Below are positions 1 to 10,592 of a stretch of DNA of 64,000 nt, piece by piece. The notes under the pieces were generated by a model. It had not been told where the DNA came from, did no database searches, and worked only from the letters and a program-made list of their open reading frames with translations. A program made the position numbers and the translations under genes. The stretch is from Bacilli bacterium. Its GTDB lineage: Bacteria > Bacillota_I > Bacilli_A > RF39 > UBA660. Numbering within the stretch: the stretch's first letter is position 1; each line of letters starts with the position of its first letter. The stretch covers positions 17,321 to 81,320 of the forward strand of contig JAFXXB010000008.1 of assembly GCA_017542465.1 (NCBI GenBank), read 5' to 3'.

Positions 1-608
1 TTAATTCTTTTGAAAGATCTCTGTTAGTCATTCTCTCATAATTTTCTAATGGGAATTTAGAATCTATACAAATATTTTTAATAGGATCAGCACCATATAT
101 GATAGCATCAGCAATAGAATCATTTTCTAACTTATGTTGTATATCATATATATCTTTTCTTTCTCCAAATATAGATGTAAGAATATAGTTTAAATTTACT
201 TCACCAAATGTACCACGTGTTTTCTTATCAGTTAATACAGATTGAAGATTAACTATATCTTTAGATAACATATCAATATTTTTTTGAGCTTCATCTATCT
301 TAGTTAATCTTTCTAATACATTATTAAATGTTTTATTAGTTTTATCTAGTGATTCATCTAATCTTTGATTTACCCTATCATTCATCTCAGACAAGCGTCT
401 TTCCATCTTATCATTTAATACACTAAAATCATTTTCAAGACTCTTAGAGAAATCATATTTAAAATCACCAATAGTTTTAGTTACATCATTTTTAAGTTCA
501 GATACATTTTTAATAACTTCTATAGAATTGTCATTTTGTTTCTTAAACATATTTACGATAATTAAAATAATACATACAACCAATAACCCAATAATAATGT
601 AATCCATA
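1..608 (-). CDS. rmuC: DNA recombination protein RmuC, N-terminal part (gene runs off the window start; C-terminal portion missing)
   Basis: ATG at 606-608 (minus strand) and no in-frame stop before position 1. N-terminal TM helix, then a long coiled-coil. The segment KKTRGTFGEVNLNYILTSIFGE matches the RmuC motif QGNWGEVVLTRVLE at the expected position (~190 aa). Confidence 0.6.
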
Positions 609-615
609 TATCCTC

Positions 616-1215
616 CTATTCAACGTTTAATAATTTATTTGATAATTTAGCAACAACAAATGCAATTAAAGTAATAATAACAACCTTAATTAAAGTATAA
701 GGGTCAGTTAAACTTTCAATCAAAGATTTGCCTATATAGCCCCAGAAATAAACCATAAAGGCTTTACCTATTAATAAAGCAATATAGAATTTCTTTTTAC
801 TTACATTTGCAAGTCCTGCAGCAATATTAACAATAAATGCTGGTGTAAATGGAATAGCCATTAAAACAGCTAAACTAGCTAAACTCATATTTTTAATCTT
901 ATCCATCCAATATTCAATACTAACTTGTGTTTTAGGTTTTAACTTTTTAATCATTTTATTTTCTACAAATCTTCTTAGTTTACCATTACATAAATTATAT
1001 GAAATAATACATCCTGTTATAGTAAATACCCAACATATAATTAATCCTAATAGATTACCAAATGTATAAAATACTATAGCTATAAAGATAGCTAAAGGAA
1101 GCACTGGGACAATTGATTCAACAAGTATTAGACCACAAGAAAGAATAGTACCCATAAAACCAAGTCCTAATAAAAATGATTGTAGGTTGTCACTAAATAC
1201 TTGTAATATATTCAT
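616..1215 (-). CDS. DedA/TVP38-family integral membrane protein
   Basis: 199 aa with several TM helices and a DedA-like pattern, e.g. AIVFYTFGNLLGLIICWVF. Confidence 0.45.
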   Translation of the reverse strand: MNILQVFSDNLQSFLLGLGFMGTILSCGLILVESIVPVLPLAIFIAIVFYTFGNLLGLIICWVFTITGCIISYNLCNGKLRRFVENKMIKKLKPKTQVSIEYWMDKIKNMSLASLAVLMAIPFTPAFIVNIAAGLANVSKKKFYIALLIGKAFMVYFWGYIGKSLIESLTDPYTLIKVVIITLIAFVVAKLSNKLLNVE

Positions 1216-1272
1216 ATCCCATCACTCCTTTAATTATACCAAAAAAATAAAGAATAATAAAGTCAGCCTTTA

Positions 1273-3075
1273 CTATTCTTCAGTATCAGTTTGTAAAACA
1301 GCTAGGAAAGCTTCAGGTGGCATTTCTACTCTACCTATAGTCTTCATACGCTTTTTACCTTCTTTTTGTTTTTCTAATAATTTTTTCTTACGAGATATAT
1401 CTCCACCATAACACTTAGCTAATACATTCTTTCTCATTTGTGAAATATTATCTCTTGCAATTACATGTGTACCAATACTTGCTTGTAATGGAACAATAAA
1501 TAATTGTCTAGGTATTATCTTCTTTAATGATGCTATTATCTTTTTACCTCTTTCATAAGCAAAATCTTTATGAACTATCATAGATAATGCATCTACCACT
1601 TCACCATTAATTAAAATATCCATTTTAACTAAATCTTGAGCTTTATATCCACATAATTCATAATCAAATGATGCATAACCTTTAGTACTAGATTTTAATC
1701 TGTCAAAGAAATCATATACTATCTCTGATAAAGGTATATCATAATGAATATTTACTCTGGATTCATTTATATATTCTATATTCTTATATATTCCTCTTTT
1801 ATCTTGACATAATTCCATAATAGGACCAATATATTCAGAAGGAACAAATATAGATGTTTCTACAAATGGTTCTTTAATTTCTTTTATTTTTTCTTTAGTT
1901 GGCATTTTACTAGGTGAATCAATAATTAGTTCTTCACCATTAGTGGTAGTTACTTCATATATAACAGATGGAGATGTTGCAATAATATCAAGATCAAATT
2001 CTCTTCTTAATCTTTCTTCAATTACATCCATATGTAATAATCCTAAGAAACCACATCTAAATCCAAATCCTAAAGCTTCTGATGTTTCAGGTTCAAATGT
2101 TAATGAAGCATCATTTAATTTTAATTTTTCTAAAGCTTCTTTTAATGCATTAAACTTATTAGGTTCTATTGGAAATAATCCTGAATAAACCATTGGTTTC
2201 ATGGGTTTATAACCAGGTAATGGTTCTTGAGCTTCACATCTCTTAACAGTCATGGTATCACCAACTCTAACTGTATCAATGTTCTTAATTGATGCATCTA
2301 CCCAACCTACTTCACCAGGAGTTAATTCATCAACTAATTCCTTATAAGGTCTAGATACACCTATAGCAACTACATCATATTCAGCTCCAGTTTCCATCAT
2401 CTTAATTCTATCATTCTTCTTTATTGATCCAGAAAATACTCTAATAGATGCAACAACACCACGATATGAATCAAAATATGAATCAAATACTAAGGCTTTA
2501 GTTTCCTTTGTATCAGGTTCTTTAGGTGCAGGTATTTTTTCTACTATCTTATCTAATATATCTTTAACACCCTCACCCGTCTTAGCTGAACATAAAACTA
2601 TATCATCTTCAGTAAAACCTAATGTCTTAGTTAATTCTTCAATTCTTTTAGGAACATCAGCATTAGGTAAATCTATTTTATTAATTACAGGAATAATAGT
2701 TAAATCAGACTCTAAAGCTAAATAAAAGTTAGCTAGTGTTTGAGCTTCAATTCCTTGTGCAGCATCAACAAGTAATAATGCACCTTCGCATGCTGCAAGC
2801 GATCTTGAAACTTCATATGAGAAGTCTACATGACCTGGAGTATCTATTAAATGAAATATATAATCTTCATTATTATATTTATAATTTAATTTAACAGCAT
2901 TTAATTTAATTGTTATTCCTCTTTCACGTTCAATATCCATATTATCTAATAATTGATCTTTCATATCATGTGAATCAACATTACCAGTTAATTCTAATAT
3001 TCTATCAGCTAATGTAGATTTACCATGATCTATATGAGCAATAATCGAGAAATTTCTAATATGTTCTAAATCCAT
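1273..3075 (-). CDS. lepA: Elongation factor 4 (LepA), translational GTPase
   Basis: 600 aa. G1 motif AHIDHGKST and DTPGHVDF are present. The characteristic LepA C-terminal domain is present. Confidence 0.95.
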   Translation of the reverse strand: MDLEHIRNFSIIAHIDHGKSTLADRILELTGNVDSHDMKDQLLDNMDIERERGITIKLNAVKLNYKYNNEDYIFHLIDTPGHVDFSYEVSRSLAACEGALLLVDAAQGIEAQTLANFYLALESDLTIIPVINKIDLPNADVPKRIEELTKTLGFTEDDIVLCSAKTGEGVKDILDKIVEKIPAPKEPDTKETKALVFDSYFDSYRGVVASIRVFSGSIKKNDRIKMMETGAEYDVVAIGVSRPYKELVDELTPGEVGWVDASIKNIDTVRVGDTMTVKRCEAQEPLPGYKPMKPMVYSGLFPIEPNKFNALKEALEKLKLNDASLTFEPETSEALGFGFRCGFLGLLHMDVIEERLRREFDLDIIATSPSVIYEVTTTNGEELIIDSPSKMPTKEKIKEIKEPFVETSIFVPSEYIGPIMELCQDKRGIYKNIEYINESRVNIHYDIPLSEIVYDFFDRLKSSTKGYASFDYELCGYKAQDLVKMDILINGEVVDALSMIVHKDFAYERGKKIIASLKKIIPRQLFIVPLQASIGTHVIARDNISQMRKNVLAKCYGGDISRKKKLLEKQKEGKKRMKTIGRVEMPPEAFLAVLQTDTEE

Positions 3076-3135
3076 AAGAACTCACCTACTTAATTATAAC
3101 AAATAATAGATAATAAAAGAACCTAAATGGTTCTC

Positions 3136-3993
3136 TTAATTATAATTATTTACTAATTGTTTTTGCTTTAAATCTTCAATAGATTGAATTAATGTTTCAT
3201 CACTTAATTCTTGCTTATTAACATTAATATTAATAATATCACCAACTAAATTATATTCTAACATATCTTTAATTAAATCAAATCTGTTATTAGATACTAA
3301 TACTTTAACATATTTAGCTATTTCAGTATTTTCATTATTCAATAAAGTAAATACTAATTCTCTAAATTGATCTTCATCTAGATTATCAGTTACATCTTTA
3401 TTTAAAATCTTATAATCAACAGATCTATTATTTAATAATCTCAATAACATATTGAAGTTACCTTTATATCTATCATTAAATAATTGTTTAAGCGCATCTA
3501 ATCCACCTTCAACTGATAACAAATCATTTAAATAATTCTTTTGAGTATAATCAAGTGTAGTAAATAATTCATCTAAAAGAATATCGTTAAATGTTTGTCC
3601 ATCAATTCTTAATGAATTATATCTTTGATCAATAACAATTTTATCTTCAACTGAAACTGAATAATTACCAATTTCATATGTTTTATCAATTATAGTAAAG
3701 AAATCTGTTCTTTCTTCATCAGTATTATCTAAATACAAATAAATAATCTTAAGCATTTGTGGTGTCTCAAGATTAATTATATATTTATTAATAATATCAA
3801 TTGTCTCGATTGCCTTTTTATTCTTTCTTACTTCATGTATAAATGCATTAATCGTAGGTGTATGTTCTCTATATTTTTTTCTGAAATCAGGATGATTAAA
3901 GAAAATATCTATTTCTTCTTTTCTAAAGTATGGTACTAGTTCAGATTTATCTAGTTCTTCATCTTTAGACTTTAAAAATTTAAATTTAAACAT
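3136..3993 (-). CDS. hypothetical protein (285 aa)
   Basis: Intact ORF with coding-like composition, flanked by rho-independent terminators (about 3104-3124 and 4056-4084). No recognisable motif. Confidence 0.5.
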   Translation of the reverse strand: MFKFKFLKSKDEELDKSELVPYFRKEEIDIFFNHPDFRKKYREHTPTINAFIHEVRKNKKAIETIDIINKYIINLETPQMLKIIYLYLDNTDEERTDFFTIIDKTYEIGNYSVSVEDKIVIDQRYNSLRIDGQTFNDILLDELFTTLDYTQKNYLNDLLSVEGGLDALKQLFNDRYKGNFNMLLRLLNNRSVDYKILNKDVTDNLDEDQFRELVFTLLNNENTEIAKYVKVLVSNNRFDLIKDMLEYNLVGDIININVNKQELSDETLIQSIEDLKQKQLVNNYN

Positions 3994-4055
3994 AGTACCC
4001 CTCCTTTTTATCTCACAGGGTATTATTATATCTTAAATAAACATTAAAGTCAAAG

Positions 4056-4084
4056 AAAAAAAGCCTTAAAATAGGCTTTTATTT
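4056..4084 (-). terminator. rho-independent terminator after dut
   Basis: Stem AAGCCT/AGGCTT with loop TAAAAT, followed by a T-run on the minus strand. Confidence 0.5.
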
Positions 4085-4567
4085 ACTTGTAGAACCAAAT
4101 CCTCCAGTTCTTTCACCATCTGCTTGATCATCATCAGTAAGTAAGTATTTCATGAATACTCCTTGACCAATACATTCACCTTTTTTAATTGTTATATCTT
4201 CATCTTTAACATTAAAGAAAGCAAACATTATATGACCATCATTATCAGGATTACCATAGTAATCTTTATCAACTACTCCAACTGAGTTAGCTAATATTAA
4301 ACCTTTTTTCTTTGGATTAGAACTTCTATTATATAAATATAATACTTCATCATCTTCCATATAGGCTTTAATACCTGTTGGAATAAATGTTGGTGCATCA
4401 CCTTTCTTAAAAGATGGTACAACTATATCTTCAGCACATTCAAAATCATATCCTGCTGCAAATTTTGTTTTTCTTTCAGGAAGATTAATATCTTTATCTT
4501 CCCATCCTTTTGCTACTTCAAATCCTCTTGTTTTCATATAATTCTCCTTAACAGCATCCACAATCAT
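4079..4567 (-). CDS. dut: dUTP diphosphatase (dUTPase)
   Basis: 162 aa. C-terminal motif RTGGFGSTSK matches dUTPase motif 5. Overlaps the 3' end of nrdD by 20 nt. Confidence 0.7.
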   Translation of the reverse strand: MIVDAVKENYMKTRGFEVAKGWEDKDINLPERKTKFAAGYDFECAEDIVVPSFKKGDAPTFIPTGIKAYMEDDEVLYLYNRSSNPKKKGLILANSVGVVDKDYYGNPDNDGHIMFAFFNVKDEDITIKKGECIGQGVFMKYLLTDDDQADGERTGGFGSTSK

Positions 4568-6704
4568 CCATATTATCTAGATGAACGAATCTTTCTTTTA
4601 TTTCTTTAGTTTTTCCTTCATTCCACCAATGTTCTCCAAGATAACCACATGTTCTTCTTGTAACATTCATTCTATTTTTATCTTTATTTCCACAGTTAGG
4701 GCATTCCCATTCGTTATCTTTATTGATAATTATTTCACCATCGAATCCACATACTTGGCAGAAATCACTCTTTGTATTAAATTCAGCATATTGAACATTT
4801 TCATATATATATTTAACCATTTCTTCAAGTGCTTCTAAGTTATTTTCCATATTACCTACTTCAATATAACTTATAGCTCCACCTGTAGATAATTTTTGTA
4901 AACCTGTTTCAAATTCAAGTTTAGCAAATGCATCTATATGTTCTCTTACATCAATATGATATGAATTTGTATAGAAATCTTTATCAGTAATATCCTTAAT
5001 CTTACCAAATCTTTCCTTATCAATCTTAGCAAATCTATAGCATAAACTTTCTGCAGGAGTTCCATATAACGCAAATCCTAATCCTGTTTCTTTCTTCCAT
5101 TCAGCACATTTATCTTTCATGTGTTGCATTACTTTAGTTGCAAATGGTAAACCTACTTCTTTATCTGTATGAGATACACCTTTCATTATCTTAGTTAATT
5201 CATATAAACCAATATAACCTAAAGATAATGTAGAATATCCATTCATTAAATATTTATCAATCTTTTCACCTTTATCAAGTCTTGCTATAGCACCAAATTG
5301 CCAATGAATTGGAGAAATATCAGATACAGTACCCAATAAAGCATGATGTCTACACATTAATGCTTCACGACAAATATCTAATCTTTCATCAAATAATTCC
5401 CAGAATTTATCTTCATCACCATCAGCAATTATTCCTATTTGAGGTAAATTAATTGATACAACACCTTGATTAAATCTACCTTCAAACTTATATTCTCCAT
5501 TTTCATCTTTCCATGGAGATAAGAATGATCTACATCCCATTGGTGAGAACACATTACCATCATAATTCTCTCTCATCTTCTTAGCTGAAATATAATCTGG
5601 ATACATACGTTTAGCAGAGCATTTAACAGCTAAATGAGTTAAATAATCATATTTACCACCTGATAAGTTATTATTCTTATCAAGTACATATACAAGTTTA
5701 GGGAATGCAGGAGTAATATATACACCTACTTCATTCTTTATACCTAATAATCTTTGATTTAATATTTCTTCAATAATCATAGCATTTTCTTCTATATAAG
5801 GATCATCTTCTCTTAAATATAAGAATAATGTTACGAATGGAGCTTGTCCATTTGTAGTCATTAAAGTATTAATTTGATATTGAATAGTTTGTACTCCACC
5901 AGCTAATTCCTTCTTTAATTCTAATTCAACTAGTTCTTTTACTTTATCTTTATCAGCATCCTTACCAAGAACACCTTTTATACGTTTTTCTATTTTCTTC
6001 TTAGATAACCTTAAATATTTACCTAAATGAGACATATCAACTGATTGACCACCATATTGGTTTGATGCAACAGTTGCAATGATTTGTGAGGTTACAATAC
6101 AAGCAACATGGAAACTCTTAGGTGATTCAATCATCTTTCCATTCATAACTGTACCATTATCAAGCATATCTCCTATATTAATTAAACAACAGTTAAATAT
6201 TGGTTGAATAAAGTAATCCATATCATGGAAATGAATAATTCCTTGTTCATGAGCTTCTACTATTTTTTCAGGTAATAATACTCTTTTTGTTAAGTCACGT
6301 GATACTTCACCAGCTATATAATCTCTTTCTGTTGAAGCCATACGTGTATTCTTATTAGAGTTTTCTTCTTTTAATTCTTTATTTTCATCTCTTATAAGTG
6401 AAAGAATAGATTCATCTGTAGTATTTGATTTTCTAACTAAAGCTCTATTATATCTATAAACAATATAATGTTTAGCTAACTCAAAATGACCCATTTCCAT
6501 TAATTTTCTTTCAATTATATCTTGAATATCTTCAACTAATATTCTCTTTTTATTTAAGCTTTCAATATACTTAATTATCTTTTTGACCTCGGCATCAGTT
6601 ACCTTTTCTTCTTCTGGAACTTCTCTATTAGCTCCAGCTATAGCCTTCTTAATTTTTTCAGTATCATAGTCAACAATATGACCATCTCTTTTAATTACCT
6701 TCAT
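4548..6704 (-). CDS. nrdD: Anaerobic ribonucleoside-triphosphate reductase (class III RNR, NrdD)
   Basis: 718 aa with an N-terminal ATP-cone. C-terminal zinc ribbon CxxC...CPNC followed by the glycyl-radical motif RRTCGYLG. Confidence 0.9.
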   Translation of the reverse strand: MKVIKRDGHIVDYDTEKIKKAIAGANREVPEEEKVTDAEVKKIIKYIESLNKKRILVEDIQDIIERKLMEMGHFELAKHYIVYRYNRALVRKSNTTDESILSLIRDENKELKEENSNKNTRMASTERDYIAGEVSRDLTKRVLLPEKIVEAHEQGIIHFHDMDYFIQPIFNCCLINIGDMLDNGTVMNGKMIESPKSFHVACIVTSQIIATVASNQYGGQSVDMSHLGKYLRLSKKKIEKRIKGVLGKDADKDKVKELVELELKKELAGGVQTIQYQINTLMTTNGQAPFVTLFLYLREDDPYIEENAMIIEEILNQRLLGIKNEVGVYITPAFPKLVYVLDKNNNLSGGKYDYLTHLAVKCSAKRMYPDYISAKKMRENYDGNVFSPMGCRSFLSPWKDENGEYKFEGRFNQGVVSINLPQIGIIADGDEDKFWELFDERLDICREALMCRHHALLGTVSDISPIHWQFGAIARLDKGEKIDKYLMNGYSTLSLGYIGLYELTKIMKGVSHTDKEVGLPFATKVMQHMKDKCAEWKKETGLGFALYGTPAESLCYRFAKIDKERFGKIKDITDKDFYTNSYHIDVREHIDAFAKLEFETGLQKLSTGGAISYIEVGNMENNLEALEEMVKYIYENVQYAEFNTKSDFCQVCGFDGEIIINKDNEWECPNCGNKDKNRMNVTRRTCGYLGEHWWNEGKTKEIKERFVHLDNMDDCGCC

Positions 6705-6752
6705 ATATACCTCACCATACTTAAATTATAAACCATGCATTTATATTATTTT

Positions 6753-6768
6753 TGTTGCAAGTGCAACA
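6753..6768. promoter_or_regulatory. Perfect palindrome TGTTGC-AAGT-GCAACA (equivalently TGTTG-N6-CAACA) in the divergent nrdD / crp-fnr intergenic region; candidate Crp/Fnr-family operator
   Basis: 16-bp inverted repeat with the 5-6-5 geometry of CRP-family sites (TGTGA-N6-TCACA). It lies 37-52 nt upstream of the nrdD start and about 45 nt upstream of the Crp/Fnr-family gene start. Confidence 0.35.
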
Positions 6769-6811
6769 TTAATGATTTAAAATAGATTTTATAGGAAGTT
6801 GGTGATGCATT

Positions 6812-7444
6812 ATGTTCGATTTTCCAGTATTTGATGGTATAGAAGAATCAGATGTAAAAAAATTGTTAACCGAATTTAATGCATTAACACTTACATTCAG
6901 AAAAGATGCAACAGTATTATCTAATGTATCTAACACTGACTCATTCTTTATTATTCAAGAAGGTAAAGCAAATATAGTAAGATATAACTTTAATGGAACT
7001 AAAACAATTATGGAAAAAATGGAAAAAGGAGATATATTTGGAGCTTTCTCTGGAACTATTGAAGATGATTTATATGTTATTGCTGCTGAAGATTCAAAAA
7101 TCATAGTATTCGAATATAAAAGATTAATTAATAGATCAGGTAAAAATGTTGAAGCACATAATAAATTAATTGATAATGTATTAAATAAACTTGCTGATAA
7201 ATTATCATACTTTAATGAAAGAATTGAAATATTAACTGAAAAGACAATAAGAGATAAATTATTAAAATACTTTGGATATTTATCTAAAAAACAAATAACT
7301 AAAAGTATTATTATTCCTTTTACTCTATCAGACTTATCTGACTATCTAGCCGTTGATAGATCAGCTATGATGAGAGAAATAAAGAACTTAAATGAAGATG
7401 GTTTAATAGCATCTAAAGGAAGATATATTAATTTAAAATATTAA
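6812..7444 (+). CDS. Crp/Fnr-family transcriptional regulator
   Basis: 210 aa. N-terminal cNMP-binding beta-barrel signature (GDIFGA), then a C-terminal HTH (LSDLSDYLAVDRSAMMREIKNLNEDGLI). Confidence 0.75.
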   Translation: MFDFPVFDGIEESDVKKLLTEFNALTLTFRKDATVLSNVSNTDSFFIIQEGKANIVRYNFNGTKTIMEKMEKGDIFGAFSGTIEDDLYVIAAEDSKIIVFEYKRLINRSGKNVEAHNKLIDNVLNKLADKLSYFNERIEILTEKTIRDKLLKYFGYLSKKQITKSIIIPFTLSDLSDYLAVDRSAMMREIKNLNEDGLIASKGRYINLKY

Positions 7445-7446
7445 AA

Positions 7447-7469
7447 AAAGAAGATTTATATCTTCTTTT
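7447..7469. terminator. bidirectional rho-independent terminator (stem AAGAAGAT / ATCTTCTT)
   Basis: Hairpin flanked by an A-run and a T-run between convergent genes. Confidence 0.5.
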
Positions 7470-7693
7470 TATATTTCTCCCCAATCAAGTTTCTTAAAAC
7501 CATTCTTGATTGATCTTATATTTAATCTTTCTTCAATAGATAAAGGTTTAATTTTAATATTATTAATAATTAATTCATCATCAATAATCTCAACTTCAAC
7601 ATCTTCATCTTCTTTAACTTTTAATTTATTTAAAATATCTTTAGGTAACTCAATACTATAATCTTTTACGATATTTTTTATTGTTGCCTTCAT
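7469..7693 (-). CDS. small AbrB/MazE-like (swapped-hairpin) domain protein, 74 aa
   Basis: IELPKDILNKLKVKEDEDVEVEIIDDELIIN resembles the AbrB/SpoVT/MazE beta-barrel. Lies 13 nt downstream of dnaJ on the same strand. Confidence 0.3.
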   Translation of the reverse strand: MKATIKNIVKDYSIELPKDILNKLKVKEDEDVEVEIIDDELIINNIKIKPLSIEERLNIRSIKNGFKKLDWGEI

Positions 7694-7706
7694 ATTATAT
7701 TACCTC

Positions 7707-8834
7707 CTAATTCGTATATTTATTATATACTTTAAATTCATTAGAATTGTCAAGAGTAGTATTATCTAACTCTTTAATTAATTCTTTTTGTTTACGGTCT
7801 AGTTTACTTGGAATAATAATTGATGCAATTCCATAAGCATCTCCTTTTCTTCCAGTTTTTTCATCATCTACACCTTTGCCTTTAAACTTAAATTTATCAC
7901 CATTTTGAGTACCTGCTGGTATTTCAGCAATAATAGTTCCTTGTACAGTTGGTACATCTTTTTTACATCCTAGAATGGCTTCTGTAATAGTTAAAGGTAT
8001 TTTAACATATACATCTCTTCCATCTCTTTGATAGATTTCATGTTCTTTAACTCTAAAATTAATATATATGTCTCCTCTTGGTCCTCCATAAGCACCAACA
8101 TTAGATTTACCAGGCATACGCATAGTATCTCCATCTTCTACACCACGAGGCACTCTAAGTTTAATAGTTCTTTTATGTTTTACAATACCATCTCCACCAC
8201 AGTTTTGACATTTATTAGTAAATTCAACTCCTGCACCACCACAATTTGGACAAGGCATTTCAGATTGGAACATACCAAATAAAGATTGTCTTTGTTCTAT
8301 TACTCTACCAGCACCACCACATGTTGAACATGTTTTTTCACCAGTTCCACCTTTACCTGAACATACATCACATGTATCTTTAATATTTACTTCAAATGAC
8401 TTTTCAGTTCCGTACACAGCATCTTCAAATGGAATAGTAATATTAACTTCCATATCAGCACCACGAGTTTGTCTTCTTCCTCCTCTTGAACTTCTTCCTC
8501 CAAAGCCACCTGAGAATCCACCACCAAACACTTGTGATAAGATTTCATCAAGTCCCATATCAGAAAAGTCAAATCCTTGGAATCCTCCTCCATATCCACC
8601 TGGGCCAGTTCCATCAAATGCACCTGATCCAAATTGATCATATGTTTTTCTCTTTTGTTCATCAGATAAAACTTGATAAGCTTCACTTATTTCTTTAAAT
8701 TTAGCTTCATCACCAGTTTCTTTATTATCTGGATGGTATTTCTTGGCTAATTTTCTAAATGCTGATTTTACATCTTGTGTAGTAGCATTTTTATCTATAC
8801 CTAATGTTTCATAGTAATCTTTATTACTTGCCAT
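7707..8834 (-). CDS. dnaJ: Chaperone DnaJ (Hsp40)
   Basis: J-domain with HPD. Gly/Phe-rich linker. Four CxxCxGxG zinc-finger repeats (CDVCSGKG, CSTCGGAG, CPNCGGAG, CQNCGGDG). Confidence 0.95.
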   Translation of the reverse strand: MASNKDYYETLGIDKNATTQDVKSAFRKLAKKYHPDNKETGDEAKFKEISEAYQVLSDEQKRKTYDQFGSGAFDGTGPGGYGGGFQGFDFSDMGLDEILSQVFGGGFSGGFGGRSSRGGRRQTRGADMEVNITIPFEDAVYGTEKSFEVNIKDTCDVCSGKGGTGEKTCSTCGGAGRVIEQRQSLFGMFQSEMPCPNCGGAGVEFTNKCQNCGGDGIVKHKRTIKLRVPRGVEDGDTMRMPGKSNVGAYGGPRGDIYINFRVKEHEIYQRDGRDVYVKIPLTITEAILGCKKDVPTVQGTIIAEIPAGTQNGDKFKFKGKGVDDEKTGRKGDAYGIASIIIPSKLDRKQKELIKELDNTTLDNSNEFKVYNKYTN

Positions 8835-10589
8835 CTATTTCACCTTCTCTTTTGTTAATTCGATATATTTCATTAATAATTCATCATAATAGTTAATAGC
8901 ATTAATATATACTTTTTCATCACATATATCAATTCCTAACACTTTAATTCTATCTGTAATGGAAATATCAGAACCTAATGATAAATATTTAATATAATTA
9001 TTAATTATATCTTTATCTCCATTATTAATTAAATTAATAATATTTGCAGATACTACAACTCCTAATATATATGCTAATGGATAAAAATCACGGTAATATA
9101 ATTGTTTTAATATCCATAATTGTGATGAATACTCATCCGGTTCAAAACAATCACCATATTGTTTCTTTTGATATTTATCACATAATTCATTTAAATATTG
9201 TGATGATAACTCATTACCATCTTTAGAATAGATATACATATCTCTCATAATATTTAAATGAGATGTATATCCATAAAAATAATTATTATATATATTTAAT
9301 AATCTAGCAATTCCAAATTGTTTTTCTTTATTATCTATTGAATTATTTATTAGATAATTAGATAATAACATTTCATTTGTTATTGAAGCTATTTCAGCAA
9401 TAATAGTATCTATTCTTCTATGCATTATATCGTTATTTAAATTAACTAATTGATGATTAACAGAATGACCACATTCATGAATCATCTTATAGACTGAAGA
9501 TATATCATCATTAAAAGTTAACATTATCTTTGAATGTCCACCATTAATTGGACAACAGAAATTACCATTATTTCTATTATTATAGTAATAATAATTAATA
9601 TCTTTATTATCAAATATACCTTTAAATAAATCATAGTATTCTTTACCAAATATAGAAACTGTATCTAAACACATTTGCTGTGCATCTTCTACTGAATAAT
9701 TTTTATCATATGACATTAAAGGTTGATCAACATCATATAATCTTAATTTATCTATTTTTAATGTATCTTTTAAATATTCGTAATAATGAAATTGATTAGA
9801 TCTATCAGTAATACTTGATAAAATATCAAGTATTTTAGATGGAATATTTCTATTAAATAACACATAATCAATATAATTATTAAATCCATTTTTAATAGAT
9901 TCATCATTATTAGATTTTACATGTCCATTTAAATATGAAGCAAACTCATCAATATGTTTAGTAAATTGAGAACGATACTTATTATATGCATCCTCTCTTA
10001 CATTTCTATCTTTATTATCTAATAATGATGAAATATTACCTTTATTAATTGTGATAGATTCACCATCTACTTCAACAGTTCCAAAATCATTTATACTATT
10101 ATATAATTCTTGTCTTTTATTAAAAAAAGAGTAATCAATATTAATAGTTCTTTTTTGATTATTAATTATATCATCTAACATATTTTTGTATTTAGATAAT
10201 CTCGTATCATTAATTAGATTATTATATTCTTCTTTATTTAAAACAGATATATAAGAAATTAATCTTGTATATATATTTGATACTTTTTCACTTATTTTTT
10301 TATAATAATTGAGTTTATCAGAACAATCATTTCTAGTCATATCTTCAGCATTAAGTAAAAATAAATAATTATTTATTCTATCTAATTCAAATATAACTTG
10401 ATTATATTCTTCTAAAAAATTATATAAAGTATCATGATTATTTAAAGAATCTACATATAAACTTAATTCATCTATCTTTTTATCAATACTCTTTAAAACA
10501 TCATTTAAAGCATCTAAATCAGAATATATATCAGTTAAGTTCCACATATATTTATCTGGAATATTTGTTTTATTATCATATTTATTCAT
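8835..10589 (-). CDS. pepF: Oligoendopeptidase F, M3B family (PepF paralog 1)
   Basis: 584 aa. HEXXH zinc motif (HECGHSVNH) at the expected position. Overall M3 length and architecture. Confidence 0.8.
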   Translation of the reverse strand: MNKYDNKTNIPDKYMWNLTDIYSDLDALNDVLKSIDKKIDELSLYVDSLNNHDTLYNFLEEYNQVIFELDRINNYLFLLNAEDMTRNDCSDKLNYYKKISEKVSNIYTRLISYISVLNKEEYNNLINDTRLSKYKNMLDDIINNQKRTINIDYSFFNKRQELYNSINDFGTVEVDGESITINKGNISSLLDNKDRNVREDAYNKYRSQFTKHIDEFASYLNGHVKSNNDESIKNGFNNYIDYVLFNRNIPSKILDILSSITDRSNQFHYYEYLKDTLKIDKLRLYDVDQPLMSYDKNYSVEDAQQMCLDTVSIFGKEYYDLFKGIFDNKDINYYYYNNRNNGNFCCPINGGHSKIMLTFNDDISSVYKMIHECGHSVNHQLVNLNNDIMHRRIDTIIAEIASITNEMLLSNYLINNSIDNKEKQFGIARLLNIYNNYFYGYTSHLNIMRDMYIYSKDGNELSSQYLNELCDKYQKKQYGDCFEPDEYSSQLWILKQLYYRDFYPLAYILGVVVSANIINLINNGDKDIINNYIKYLSLGSDISITDRIKVLGIDICDEKVYINAINYYDELLMKYIELTKEKVK

Positions 10590-10592
10590 TTA

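Noticed and set aside
8387-8698. 99-aa minus-strand and 70-aa plus-strand ORFs within dnaJ
   Set aside because: They are alternate-frame or antisense readings of the Gly/Phe- and Cys-rich repeat region of dnaJ. The dnaJ frame is strongly supported.
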